64,000 nt of DNA from a bacterium (GTDB taxonomy: Bacteria; Zixibacteria; MSB-5A5; GN15; FEB-12), in contig JBDRNJ010000064.1 of the NCBI GenBank assembly GCA_043811375.1, positions 64,001 to 128,000 on the forward strand. Direction: 5' to 3'. Below, in pieces: positions 31,097 through 41,489 of this stretch. The first letter of the stretch is position 1. The number at the start of each line of letters is the position of its first letter. The position numbers were made by a program, and so were the translations under genes. The notes under the pieces are model-generated. The model ran no database searches. It was not told the DNA's origin and worked only from the letters and a program-made list of their open reading frames with translations.

Positions 31097-31504
31097 TCAG
31101 ATAAGATAAGATGCGTTCAGAACGTAGAGAGGCGGCCCATGAGCCGATTGCCGGCTGGTTCGGGCGGTTTGAGAGGACCCTGTCTCAATCACCGTGACAT
31201 TCGAAACAGCCAACATCACGGCAGCAGATGTTTCCGGATTGGTAGTTGGACGCAGTTGAGCCTCGAGCGGGACTTCCGTTTTTGTCGCTGGAGCAGAGAC
31301 ACTACAGCAACAGGAACTCTCCAGCGAGAGCGCTTCACCGATCGGAGCCTCGCCTTGCCCATAGCTACAACCACAGCAACAGGACTTGGAACAATCGTCA
31401 CTCACGTAGTTCGACTGGTACGCCTGCAAGCAGGACGCTGCCGCAACAATCAGGACAGTTGCCAGTACCGAAATGAGTCTGAGTCTGTTGCTTATTCTAT
31501 ACAT
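31097..31504 (-). CDS. Cys-rich exported small protein upstream of the cus operon (DUF2946/CutF-like leader candidate)
   Basis: N-terminal hydrophobic helix; CSKSCCCGC and SCCCS clusters; HGPP near the C-terminus. Confidence 0.65.
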   Translation of the reverse strand: MYRISNRLRLISVLATVLIVAAASCLQAYQSNYVSDDCSKSCCCGCSYGQGEAPIGEALSLESSCCCSVSAPATKTEVPLEAQLRPTTNPETSAAVMLAVSNVTVIETGSSQTARTSRQSAHGPPLYVLNASYLI

Positions 31505-31792
31505 ATGCGTAATATCGACAAATATGGTCCAGCTTTATAACACATACCGACAGCAGGAGTTCCATTAAGACACTCCCGCAAGATAACATAATGCAAACAA
31601 ATGAGTTACGGCTCCTGCGAAGTCTCCGGTTGGCGATGGAGCTGCTCGTTGTCAGGCAGTTCTGCATAGACAGTAGTTAATGCCAATATAACCGCAAAGT
31701 TAAATGATTTAGTGACTTCACCACTGCCAGGTATTCGTGACCTCCCCTTTAGATACTTGCCAACAACGCCATCACTTCGGTACCATGACTCA

Positions 31793-32470
31793 ATGAAAAC
31801 GTCCGACCTTCTCCGTGGTTGCTACCTCTGCCGGGACCTTGACCAGAGGGAACTGGAAGCACTTGAGGAAATCGTCTCAGTTCGGAGAGTGAACAGGGGA
31901 GAGGTACTCTTTCTTCAGGGCGACCACGCAACGGGCTTCTATGTTCTCCTGGACGGCTCGATCCGGATTTACAAAGCCTCACCGGACGGCAAAGAGTACA
32001 CCCTGCATCATATCCGAGCGGGGCAGATGTTCGCCGAGGCGGCCGTTTTTGGTGACTCAACCTTCCCGGCCAATGCCGTCGCCAGCGAGGTCTCCACAGT
32101 GGCCTTTTTCCCAAAAGACCGGTTCATTCGCCTGATACAAGATTCACCGCAAATCTCGTTGAAGATGATCGCTGGTCTGGCCGGCTTTGTACGCGAATTC
32201 AATCAGCAGATCGAAGACCTCTCGCTTAAGGAAGTCCCGGCTCGGTTGGCCGGTTACCTGCTCAGGTCGCTGAAAGAAACCGGCGATATGATAATTACTC
32301 TCAGCATCAGTAAGGCTGAATTGGCCCGTTCACTCGGCACGACAAGCGAGACCCTCTCTCGTAACCTTACGAAATTCAGAGACTCAGGCGTCATTTCCGG
32401 CGACGGCCGGGAGATCACCGTGGTCGACCAAGCCCAATTGGAAAAAATCGCCGACGGCCAAAAAATCTGA
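31793..32470 (+). CDS. Crp/Fnr-family transcriptional regulator (HcpR/Dnr-like)
   Basis: cNMP-binding fold (LFLQGD..GFY.LL.G...FAEAA); HTH ELARSLGTTSETLSR with FNR-type ExxSR. Confidence 0.92.
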   Translation: MKTSDLLRGCYLCRDLDQRELEALEEIVSVRRVNRGEVLFLQGDHATGFYVLLDGSIRIYKASPDGKEYTLHHIRAGQMFAEAAVFGDSTFPANAVASEVSTVAFFPKDRFIRLIQDSPQISLKMIAGLAGFVREFNQQIEDLSLKEVPARLAGYLLRSLKETGDMIITLSISKAELARSLGTTSETLSRNLTKFRDSGVISGDGREITVVDQAQLEKIADGQKI

Positions 32471-32476
32471 TATCTC

Positions 32477-32490
32477 TTGATCTGAATCAA
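32477..32490 (+). promoter_or_regulatory. FNR-type box
   Basis: TTGAT-CTGA-ATCAA matches the consensus TTGAT-N4-ATCAA exactly. Confidence 0.8.
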
Positions 32491-32570
32491 AGCCTTATTC
32501 CATCCACTTTCCGATCTTCTTCTCAGAAAGTAGATAGAAAATGACCTCGATACCCCAGGAGGTAAGAAAA

Positions 32571-33368
32571 ATGGCCATTCGGAATATTGTCAAAATCGAT
32601 GAAGAACTTTGTGACGGCTGCGGCGATTGCGTAACCGCTTGTGCCGAAGGCGCCATCCAGATTATTGATGGTAAAGCTAAACTTGTAAGTGACACCTACT
32701 GTGACGGCTTGGGCGCCTGTCTGGGCGACTGCCCGCAAAGCGCGATCACAGTCGAAGAGCGGGAAGCATCGGATTTCGACGAAGCAGCGGTTGCCCAACA
32801 TTTGGCCAAACTAAAGCAAGACACTCAGCCCGGTCAGGTATTGTCGGAATCACACCATGCAAAAGGATCAGACACGCTTCCGTGTGGATGTCCGGGATCG
32901 GCAATGCAACAATTGAATCCCACAGCCCAGACTGCACCGGCGTCCCCAACCGACCTCTCCCAGCCGGTCATGCCCTCTCAGTTGGGCCACTGGCCGATAC
33001 AACTGATGCTGGTGCCACCGCATGCGCCGTTTCTGAAAAACGCCGATCTGCTGATCTGCGCCGACTGCGTACCGTTTACCGTGCCAGACTTTCATTTCCG
33101 GTATCTGACCGGCCGCTCCCTGGTCGTTGGCTGTCCCAAGTTGGACGACCTCCAGCATTACCACGACAAACTCAAGGCTATATACCAGGAAGCGGCGCCG
33201 CGTTCTATCACCGTGCTCAAGATGGAAGTCCCTTGCTGCAACGGCATCGCTCAGGCAGCCGTCCAGGCGCGTAACGAGGTAGCTCCGCATATCCCGGTGG
33301 AAGTCCATACAATTGGTGTGCGTGGCAACATTGTCGATCGCAAAACGCCGTGTGAGTCGGCAGTCTGA
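32571..33368 (+). CDS. 2x[4Fe-4S] ferredoxin-domain protein with Cys-rich C-terminal domain
   Basis: CDGCGDCVTAC, CDGLGACLGDCP; CGCPGS; WPIQL, ADC, GCPKLD, MEVPCC; GGAGG RBS. Confidence 0.88.
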   Translation: MAIRNIVKIDEELCDGCGDCVTACAEGAIQIIDGKAKLVSDTYCDGLGACLGDCPQSAITVEEREASDFDEAAVAQHLAKLKQDTQPGQVLSESHHAKGSDTLPCGCPGSAMQQLNPTAQTAPASPTDLSQPVMPSQLGHWPIQLMLVPPHAPFLKNADLLICADCVPFTVPDFHFRYLTGRSLVVGCPKLDDLQHYHDKLKAIYQEAAPRSITVLKMEVPCCNGIAQAAVQARNEVAPHIPVEVHTIGVRGNIVDRKTPCESAV

Positions 33369-33660
33369 AATCCAAGCGATGCTTCGCCAACAGGTACAAG
33401 AGAAACCGACCGCCGAACAACAACCATGGTTGAAATCGACCCGCCCGAAACCTGTTGTATGGCTGGCGGAGAATGTTCGGTCGGTAGTGCAGATCAGTTT
33501 TGCGCTTCTCTGTATCTGGAAAAGTATAGAGGGATACATTCAATACTACACCAACTATGAAAGCTATAGTCACCCGACCAGCACATCGGAGATTCGTGGT
33601 CTCGACAGGGACACGTCTCAAGCGAGCGAGTAGGGTCGGCGTCAGTTCACGCATTTAATC

Positions 33661-33701
33661 TTGACACCAATCGATAACCGGACTAAATGTAGCGTTATAA
33701 T
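33661..33701 (+). promoter_or_regulatory. Class II FNR-type promoter of the porin-cytochrome operon
   Basis: TTGAC-ACCA-ATCGA (33661-33674) with TATAAT at 33696-33701, placing the box at about -41. Confidence 0.6.
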
Positions 33702-33723
33702 CAAATCTTAGAAAGGAGCAGGA

Positions 33724-35025
33724 ATGATAAAGGTAGCTATGCAGACGATCATTTTGGTGGTCGCAGTACTTATCACGGGCCAGGCGATGGCGGAAACAGA
33801 CGTCAACATCACCGGGCAGGTGAGAGTGCGCTCTGAACTTTCCGATCGGAGCTTCGACTCAACCGCCAAAGCACAGCAGTACACGTATCTGCGCACGCGT
33901 GTCATGGCCGATGCCGCAATAGATGACAACACTCATGCGGTCGTCCAGTTCCAGGACAGCCGTACTCTTGGTGCCGGTGGCTTCTCTGGTGACCACACGA
34001 CTGGTGATGCGAAGAACGTCGATCTGCATCAGGCCTACTTGCAGGTTGATCATCTCTGGGAGAACGGGCCTGGTCTGAAAGCCGGGCGCTTTGAAGTCAA
34101 CCTTGGCAACCAGCGTGTGTTCGGTAGTGTGGGTTGGCATAACGTGGGCCGCTCATGGGAAGGGTTTCAGGCGTGGCTGGACAGGGAGAACGTCAGGTTC
34201 GACGCGTTCTGGCTCAAGAAGATGGAGCTTGATGACGTTACCGGGAACACCGATTACGATATCTTTGGAGCTTATGCCACTATCAAGCCCGCCAATCTGG
34301 ACCTGTTTGCTTTCTTTGAGCATGATGCCTACCAGGACGATTCGACGCCTGTTACCAACGCCCCCACCGGTACCTTCTACTCCCACCACAAGAGGTTAAA
34401 GCGACTCAACCTCGGTCTTCACTATAAACGGACATACCAGCAGTTCGACTTCGATGTCAATGCCGTCTATCAGACCGGCAAAATGCAGCAATGGGATGAG
34501 CCCGTTCCCGATTCGCTGGCATCGGTAGAACATGACATAGCAGCCCTCATGTTCACATTTGAGGGTGGTTACACGTTTGACCGGTCATGCAAGCCGCGGC
34601 TGGGTTTGGGAATCGACTACGCTTCCGGTGACGACAACTTGATCGACACGGACCACAAGGCGTACAACAACCTGTATTACACCGGACATAAATTCCGTGG
34701 TTACATGGACTACTTCCTTGGTTCCGGATCTGAAGGCCTTATGGATGTAATGCTGCGTCTGAAGGTCAACCCGACAGAGGGCTGGACCGTCAAAGGCGAT
34801 TTGCATCTTTTCCGGACGGCCACGGAGTACGCTGATTTCTCCGACACCACCGCGACTACCAGGGATGTTGGCATGGAGTTTGACCTCGGCGTGTCCACAG
34901 TGCGCGTGGCGGGAGTCAATCTGGCAGCTGGTACCAGTGTATTCCTGCCTTCGGAATCATACGTAGGCATGGCCGACCCGGATCCAACATTCTGGAGTTA
35001 CTTCCAGGCGACGGCCAACTTTTGA
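33724..35025 (+). CDS. Alginate-export-family outer membrane porin
   Basis: Signal peptide; GQVRVRSE, QFQDSR, DLHQAY, KAGRF...QRVFG...W.NVGRS; C-terminal Phe. Confidence 0.8.
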   Translation: MIKVAMQTIILVVAVLITGQAMAETDVNITGQVRVRSELSDRSFDSTAKAQQYTYLRTRVMADAAIDDNTHAVVQFQDSRTLGAGGFSGDHTTGDAKNVDLHQAYLQVDHLWENGPGLKAGRFEVNLGNQRVFGSVGWHNVGRSWEGFQAWLDRENVRFDAFWLKKMELDDVTGNTDYDIFGAYATIKPANLDLFAFFEHDAYQDDSTPVTNAPTGTFYSHHKRLKRLNLGLHYKRTYQQFDFDVNAVYQTGKMQQWDEPVPDSLASVEHDIAALMFTFEGGYTFDRSCKPRLGLGIDYASGDDNLIDTDHKAYNNLYYTGHKFRGYMDYFLGSGSEGLMDVMLRLKVNPTEGWTVKGDLHLFRTATEYADFSDTTATTRDVGMEFDLGVSTVRVAGVNLAAGTSVFLPSESYVGMADPDPTFWSYFQATANF

Positions 35026-35093
35026 GGCTGGACCGGGTCGCTGGAGTTGTGTATATTTGATCGAGTTTCGAAGACCATAACAGGAGTTGTGTG

Positions 35094-36428
35094 ATGAAAC
35101 GAATTGCTGGTATTTTGCTGTTGATGCTGTCATTTGCGTCGCTTGCATACGCTGACACTGCACCAACGGTCGCCCAGGTTGCCGGAAAGTGCATGACCTG
35201 CCACAAGGAGAAATCCCCAGGCCTTTATCAGCAGTGGTTTATGTCTCAGCACGCCATGCATAAGGTGACATGTATTGATTGTCATGGTGCTCAGCAGGGC
35301 GACAAGGACGGTTACATGCACGAGGGTGCCCTTATCGCCACCCTGGTGACGCCCAAGGACTGCGGCGCCTGCCATGAGAAAGAGCGCATGGAGGTTGAGA
35401 ATTCCTACCATGCTCATGCCGGCGAGATTCTCGAGTCCGCAGATGCTTATCTGGCTCATGTGGCCGGCGGCGAACCGGTGGCCATCACCGGATGCGAAAG
35501 CTGCCACGGGGGGAAAGTGCAAATCGACCCAGGTTCACCCAACATGCTGTCGAGAAAGAGTTGGCCCAACTCCGGCATCGGGCGACTCAACCCTGATGGC
35601 TCCAAGGGATCATGCAACGCCTGCCACACGCGGCATTCGTTCTCAATCGCCCAGGCTCGCAAGCCGGAAGCGTGTTCCAAGTGTCACCTGGGACCCGACC
35701 ACCCACAGAAGGAAGTGTACGAGGAATCCAAGCATGGTAATGCCTACTACTCGCACATAGATAAAATGAATATCGACTCCGATCGTTGGGTTGTCGGCAT
35801 AGATTACTTTGAGGCTCCGACTTGCGCCACCTGTCATTTATCTGCGACTACATCCACAGCAGTAACACATGACGTTGGCGATAGAATAAGCTGGACACTG
35901 CGACCGCCCGTTTCGAAGCACAAAGACAACTGGCAGGTTAAACGCGCTAACATGAAGACCGTATGCAATACCTGCCACAGCAGCAGTTTCCCGGATGGCC
36001 ACTATTACCAATTCGATGCTCTCGTGAAGCTCTACAACGAAAAATTCGCCAAACCGGCCGGGGAGATCATGAAAATCGTCAAAGAGCGCAAGCTTATGAA
36101 AAGCCCGGCTGCGTTTGGAAACAAGATCGAATGGGTCTACTGGGAGCTATGGCATCATGAAGGTAGACGGGCTCGGCACGGAGCGGCCATGATGGGACCG
36201 GATTACACATGGTGGCACGGCATTTATGACGTCGCCCAGCATTTCTATTTCAAATTGCTTCCTGAGGCTCACAAGTTCAACGATCCCGAGTTGAATGCGT
36301 ATCTTGACAAATTGATCCATGACGATCCCATGCACGCCTGGATAACTACTCCGACTGAAGAACTGAAGGAGAAAATCCGTTCCGGCGAAATGCAAAAGAT
36401 CTATGAAGGTCTTTTCGAACAGAATTAG
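35094..36428 (+). CDS. Octaheme HAO-family cytochrome c
   Basis: Signal peptide; 8 CxxCH motifs; CHLGPDHPQ.E.YEESKHG; HHEGRRARHG; GPDYTWWHG. Confidence 0.88.
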   Translation: MKRIAGILLLMLSFASLAYADTAPTVAQVAGKCMTCHKEKSPGLYQQWFMSQHAMHKVTCIDCHGAQQGDKDGYMHEGALIATLVTPKDCGACHEKERMEVENSYHAHAGEILESADAYLAHVAGGEPVAITGCESCHGGKVQIDPGSPNMLSRKSWPNSGIGRLNPDGSKGSCNACHTRHSFSIAQARKPEACSKCHLGPDHPQKEVYEESKHGNAYYSHIDKMNIDSDRWVVGIDYFEAPTCATCHLSATTSTAVTHDVGDRISWTLRPPVSKHKDNWQVKRANMKTVCNTCHSSSFPDGHYYQFDALVKLYNEKFAKPAGEIMKIVKERKLMKSPAAFGNKIEWVYWELWHHEGRRARHGAAMMGPDYTWWHGIYDVAQHFYFKLLPEAHKFNDPELNAYLDKLIHDDPMHAWITTPTEELKEKIRSGEMQKIYEGLFEQN

Positions 36429-36437
36429 GAGGTCGTC

Positions 36438-37934
36438 TTGTTTGCAAGATACCTCAATTTTGTGCGGGGTGTAGCAACTAATTGGTGGGGACGTCTCGGT
36501 GTAATTATCACCACCTCCTCATTCGTGTGCATGGTGGTGATTGAACTGGCCCGCCTGATTGGCCTGGTCACCAGTTCTTATGCCGGTCTGGTTAGCTATA
36601 TGCTGTTCCCGGCCCTGTTTGTTGTCGGACTGCTGCTGATTCCGATCGGTTGGAGAAAACTCAAGAAACAAACGGGCAAATCGAGCAGGGAGTTGATGGA
36701 GACCGAATTCGGGAAGGAATACGCTGCCGCTTCTTTCGGGGGGGCGCGGCTTTTCCGCACGGTCGGAATCCTGTCGATAGTCAACGTGCTTTTTCTCCTG
36801 GTGATCGGCGCCCGTATGCTGACGTTTATGGACAGCGCCGAGTTCTGCGGTACAGCCTGCCACAGCGTAATGAATCCGGAGTGGGTAACCTACCAGCAAT
36901 CTCCCCACGCCAGAGTGGCCTGTATCGAGTGCCATGTAGGAGAAGGTGCCGAAGCGCTGATTGACAGCAAATTAAACGGTCTCTGGCAGGTGATTTCGGT
37001 GACTTTTGACTTTCTGGAGCGCCCAATTCCGACTCCGGTACATCAGTTACGGCCGGCCCGGGAAACCTGCGAGAAGTGCCACTGGCCTGACAAGTTCTAC
37101 GGCCGGCGGCTTAAGACGATCGCACACTACAGCCACGACTCGGTTTCGACGCCGCTCTACACCACTTTGAGCCTTAAGGTCGATGCCGGCACGTCCCGGG
37201 AACGGGGCGGAATACACTGGCACATAGCTCAGAAGAACGAGGTGCGATACGCCTCGGTAGACGACCAACGAGAGAAGATCGTCTGGGCGGAGGTGAAACG
37301 CGGCGACGGCAACTTCCACCGATACAGTTCGACCGATCCGGCAGTAAGCGGCCAGAACACCGCCTCTGTCAGGACCATGGATTGCGTTGATTGCCACAAC
37401 CGCGCGACCCATATCTATGAGTTACCGGACAGGGCAGTCGACGAACGGATCCAGAATCGTGTTCTGGATCGATCGATGCCGTTCTTAAAACGTGAAGCGC
37501 TGCATGCTGTTTCCGCCGGCTATGCCTCGAGAGAGGCCGCCATGGAGGGTATCGCGAACCATATGAACGGCTTTTACCAGCGCCATTACCCTGACCTGGC
37601 ACGATCACAGGCGACGATACTTGATTCTGTGGTTACGGTCTTGCAGAACATTTACAACCGCAATATCCACCCGGGCATGAATATAGAGTGGGGGTCGTAT
37701 GCCAGTCACATCGGCCACAAGGGAGACAGGGGCTGTTTTCGCTGTCACAATTCTCGTATGGTTGACGATGCAGGCAACAGCATTTCAGATGACTGTGCTC
37801 TATGTCATTCCCTTCTCTCTAACGATCATAAAAACCCGTTCAAGTATCTTCAGCCGGTGGACACTTCCGATGTTGACTATCAGATGCATCAGTATCTTCA
37901 GGATGAGTTCCTGCGATCATTCGGGGATAACTAA
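36438..37934 (+). CDS. NapC/NirT-family membrane-anchored multiheme cytochrome c
   Basis: Three N-terminal TM helices; FCGTACH (CX3CH) plus CIECH, CEKCH, CVDCH, CFRCH, CALCH; GGAGG RBS. Confidence 0.88.
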   Translation: MFARYLNFVRGVATNWWGRLGVIITTSSFVCMVVIELARLIGLVTSSYAGLVSYMLFPALFVVGLLLIPIGWRKLKKQTGKSSRELMETEFGKEYAAASFGGARLFRTVGILSIVNVLFLLVIGARMLTFMDSAEFCGTACHSVMNPEWVTYQQSPHARVACIECHVGEGAEALIDSKLNGLWQVISVTFDFLERPIPTPVHQLRPARETCEKCHWPDKFYGRRLKTIAHYSHDSVSTPLYTTLSLKVDAGTSRERGGIHWHIAQKNEVRYASVDDQREKIVWAEVKRGDGNFHRYSSTDPAVSGQNTASVRTMDCVDCHNRATHIYELPDRAVDERIQNRVLDRSMPFLKREALHAVSAGYASREAAMEGIANHMNGFYQRHYPDLARSQATILDSVVTVLQNIYNRNIHPGMNIEWGSYASHIGHKGDRGCFRCHNSRMVDDAGNSISDDCALCHSLLSNDHKNPFKYLQPVDTSDVDYQMHQYLQDEFLRSFGDN

Positions 37935-38044
37935 CGATCGGTCGATGTTAGTAAAAAACAGGCAGCAACCTGTCATCTTAAGAAAACAGGTTCCTTATTA
38001 GTGCTGAGTCGGACTATCACAACGGATCAACGGATTACTTTATA

Positions 38045-40180
38045 TTACAACTGCTTCTTCAGATCTTCTACAGTCTCGGCCGGTATGCTGCACACCGAGT
38101 TTCGGCAGACATAGGCAATCGCAACACTTTCATCTGGTTGCCGTCCCTCGAAGAGAGGCAGTGTCGAGTTTCCATTCTTGCTGACGGCTACGATGCTGTT
38201 GGGAAGAAAACGACCATATAGCTCCTGTAACATTGTATCTCGTTCGGCACCATCTCCAACCAGAACGATCTCAAGCTTGTCGGATAAGCGGTAGTCCAGC
38301 GCTAACACCCCCGAAGTCATGGCGGAGGGATTCCCGGCGATTTGACCGGACAAAGCCGCCAGCGCCTTTTCAGCCGAGTGCAGGTATATATTCCGGTCAG
38401 TGAGGCGGTGGAGCTTAAGCAGATTGTCGATCATGACTGAACCGGGAGCCGGTGTAGCTCCGTCGTGTTCGTCCTTCGGTCTCAGTATCAGATCATCCTG
38501 ACCGGCGGGTCTCAAGTAGAACGTGCCGTCTTCGTCGAGAAACAGAACGATAGCAGTGTCGGCCAGGTTTGAGGCGAGCATCAGCCATTTTTCGCCTTGA
38601 GTTGACAGGTCTGACTGGTACAAGTCAATAAGTCCCCTTGCATAATAAGCGTAATCTTCCAGGAACTGACCATTTGCGTGTTTTTCCTGCCGGTATGAGT
38701 GCGTTAGTTTGCCATCCCGCCAGAGTTTTTCGGAAACGAAGGTGGCGTTGCGGATAGCCGCGTCAAGGTATCGTTTTTCGCCTGTTACCTGATAACCACG
38801 ACACAGCGCTGTCAGCGCCAGCCCGTTCCAGGATGTTAGTATCTTATCGTCCGTCAGGGGCCGGATTCGTTTTGCGCGGTGTTCGAAGAGTTTCTCACGC
38901 GACCGCTTGACGTACTTCCTGAACTCATCGGGATTACCTTGTTTCTCTATCCCTTTCGGAACGTCGGTGATGTGAAGGATATTGTGTCCTTCGAAGTTCC
39001 CGGCAGCAGTCACATTATAGTAACCAAGAAATGGTTCAGCGTGATTCGGTCCGAGGATGGACTCAATCTCTGCTTTGGACCAGACATAGAATTTGCCTTC
39101 CTCACCTTCGCTATCGGCATCGAGGGCGGAGTAAAAGCCGCCGTTCGGATTGGACATCTCGCGGAGCATCCAGTCAAGTGTCTCACGAACGACTCTGAAG
39201 TATTCCTCGTTGTGTGTTATCTGCCAGGCCTCAACGTATACCGGCACCAGCAGGCTGTTGTCGTACAACATTTTCTCGAAGTGAGGAACCAGCCACTGGC
39301 GGTCGGTGCTGTATCTTGAGAAACCACCACCCAGATGATCGTAGATTCCGCCTCGGGCCATCGCCGTTAGAGCCTTCTCAGTGGCGGTGAGATAGCTGCT
39401 GTCTCCGGTAGATTTGAAGTGCCGTAGAAACAGTGACAATTCCAGGGCATGAGGAAACTTCGGTTGACTGCCGAATCCGCCGTTGACGTGATCGAAGTTT
39501 CGCATCAACTCTGAGGCAGCTAGATCCACGTGGTCCCGAGACAGCTCAGAATTGGCATTGTTCATACTAAGACGCTGAACTATCTTGTCGTAGAGATCCT
39601 CAGACGATTGGAAAATCGCCTGCTTGTCTCGCCGATAGCTGCCGGTGATCTCCTTGATCACCTTCATGAACGAAGGGCGGCCGTATCCCTCGACTGGTGG
39701 GAAGTATGTTCCTGCAAAGAACGGCTTGAGATAAGGGGTGAGAAAGACCGACATAGGCCAGCCACCCGAACCGGTCATGGCCGTGGTGAACGTCATGTAT
39801 ATGTGATCCAGATCCGGTCGTTGTTCGCGATCGACCTTAATGCTGACAAAGTGTTCGTTGAGTATTGCAGCCACTTCTTCATTCTCAAAGGACTTTCGCT
39901 CCATGACGTGGCACCAGTGGCAGGCGGAATAGCCAATAGAGAGGAAGATCGGTTTGTCCTCCGCTTTGGCTTTATTCAGTGCTTCATCACCCCATGGATA
40001 CCAGTCAACCGGGTTGTGGGCGTGGGACAGCAGATAGGGGGAACTCTCGTTCACAAGATGGTTAGTGTAGTCATGTTCGACGGGTTGCCCTGCCATGCCG
40101 TCCTCTCCGGCGAATGCCACGCTTGTGATCTTGCTTACCATAACCACCACCAGAATCGCATTAATTGATTTTATGATCAT
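38045..40180 (-). CDS. Thioredoxin-domain YyaL/DUF255 family protein
   Basis: [47 protein letters not shown]. Confidence 0.92.
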   Translation of the reverse strand: MIIKSINAILVVVMVSKITSVAFAGEDGMAGQPVEHDYTNHLVNESSPYLLSHAHNPVDWYPWGDEALNKAKAEDKPIFLSIGYSACHWCHVMERKSFENEEVAAILNEHFVSIKVDREQRPDLDHIYMTFTTAMTGSGGWPMSVFLTPYLKPFFAGTYFPPVEGYGRPSFMKVIKEITGSYRRDKQAIFQSSEDLYDKIVQRLSMNNANSELSRDHVDLAASELMRNFDHVNGGFGSQPKFPHALELSLFLRHFKSTGDSSYLTATEKALTAMARGGIYDHLGGGFSRYSTDRQWLVPHFEKMLYDNSLLVPVYVEAWQITHNEEYFRVVRETLDWMLREMSNPNGGFYSALDADSEGEEGKFYVWSKAEIESILGPNHAEPFLGYYNVTAAGNFEGHNILHITDVPKGIEKQGNPDEFRKYVKRSREKLFEHRAKRIRPLTDDKILTSWNGLALTALCRGYQVTGEKRYLDAAIRNATFVSEKLWRDGKLTHSYRQEKHANGQFLEDYAYYARGLIDLYQSDLSTQGEKWLMLASNLADTAIVLFLDEDGTFYLRPAGQDDLILRPKDEHDGATPAPGSVMIDNLLKLHRLTDRNIYLHSAEKALAALSGQIAGNPSAMTSGVLALDYRLSDKLEIVLVGDGAERDTMLQELYGRFLPNSIVAVSKNGNSTLPLFEGRQPDESVAIAYVCRNSVCSIPAETVEDLKKQL

Positions 40181-40318
40181 TGTGTGTCTGCCGACTCGAT
40201 ACTACGGCCATCGTCTTCCCCAAACTCATCGTGAGACGGATGCGTGCTGTGCGGAGAACCACACATTACGCATCTCTCACTTCGAAGAGTAGAAGCAAAT
40301 GCCGAAGTCCGTCGGTAG

Positions 40319-40735
40319 CTACATCTTGCCCTTGAATGGGCAACCATCCATGGCTTTGCAGTGACCGCACCAGCCCTTCTTCTGGTCGTCGACCGTGAAG
40401 GTTTCAACATCCAGCAGATTGGCGTTAGCATAGTAGATGCCGGAGACACTGATATCCTTGTTGTGATACTTCTCGCCGGCTATCAGGTCCTTAGAGTAGT
40501 CGTTCTCCAGGAAGCTGATATACGTGCCGTCCGCCTTCTTCAGCACATGATGGTGTCCGTAAACGGAGCAAGCGGCACGAGCCCCCTCAGCCTCCTTGAG
40601 ATCGCAACCGGCACAAACCAGTTTGCCTTCAAACGATGCCTTTATGAGCTTCTGCTTGCCGGTGACTTCACCGGCAGTGCCGGTCAGGGCCACTGCCAGA
40701 AGTGTCATCATCGATAATAGGAGCGTTACTTTCAT
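40319..40735 (-). CDS. Small exported Cys/His-motif protein
   Basis: Signal peptide; CAGC, CSVYGHHH, WCGHC...C; GAGGA RBS. Confidence 0.75.
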   Translation of the reverse strand: MKVTLLLSMMTLLAVALTGTAGEVTGKQKLIKASFEGKLVCAGCDLKEAEGARAACSVYGHHHVLKKADGTYISFLENDYSKDLIAGEKYHNKDISVSGIYYANANLLDVETFTVDDQKKGWCGHCKAMDGCPFKGKM

Positions 40736-41104
40736 GACTCGATCCTCTTTTAAGAGCGTTGTTCAAACTACACTATCTACAACTCTGTAAACACGCATCA
40801 AGCGCATCAGTTCCGGATAATATGGATTATAATACTCCACCAACCCTCATTATATTGTGCCCGCAATCAACGGTGACAAACTGCCCGCAAATCATAGCGG
40901 CTTCACTGGAACAGAGATAGGCTGCCACGGCTTAGCGTTAGGTAATTCGCGGAGTACTTAGGCTACAAAACAGAAAAGGTCGATGATCCAGACTCGCTGA
41001 TCACCGACCAATTGACTTGGTTTAGATTCTTTGTTGCCGGGACATCGACAAGTTAGGGATATGGATCGCGCATTTGCGGGACGAAGAATTTCCGAATGTG
41101 AGTT

Positions 41105-41485
41105 TTATCCGATCAGTTCCTTGACCTTACTCAGGAGCACATCGCGATCGATTGGTTTCTCCAGGAATGCAGCGGGCGTATTGAGTTGTTTGGTGCGATC
41201 GATAAACCGTTTCAGGTCGGGCGATACGCCGGTACAGATGATGATCGGAATATCCCTGGTTTCTTCGGTATTCTGAAGATTCTTCAGTGCCCGCATGCCT
41301 GATTCCTGGTCCATTGAGATATCGAGTGTCACCAGGTTCGGTTTTTCGCTTTTGGCCAGGGCGAAGGCTTCAGCGCCGTTGACGGCCGATATTGTGGCGT
41401 AGCCGTTATCTTCAAAAAACACCGTCATCCACTCGATTACATCCGACTCATCGTCGACAATGAGTATCTTCTTCGGTTCGGTCAT
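41105..41485 (-). CDS. Single-domain response regulator
   Basis: ILIVDDE; LVTLDISM; IIICTG; LEKP. Confidence 0.92.
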   Translation of the reverse strand: MTEPKKILIVDDESDVIEWMTVFFEDNGYATISAVNGAEAFALAKSEKPNLVTLDISMDQESGMRALKNLQNTEETRDIPIIICTGVSPDLKRFIDRTKQLNTPAAFLEKPIDRDVLLSKVKELIG

Positions 41486-41489
41486 CGTG

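Noticed and set aside
33313..33654. ORFs between the ferredoxin-like gene and the porin
   Set aside because: No motifs, overlap with the upstream gene, and the region leads into the FNR-type promoter
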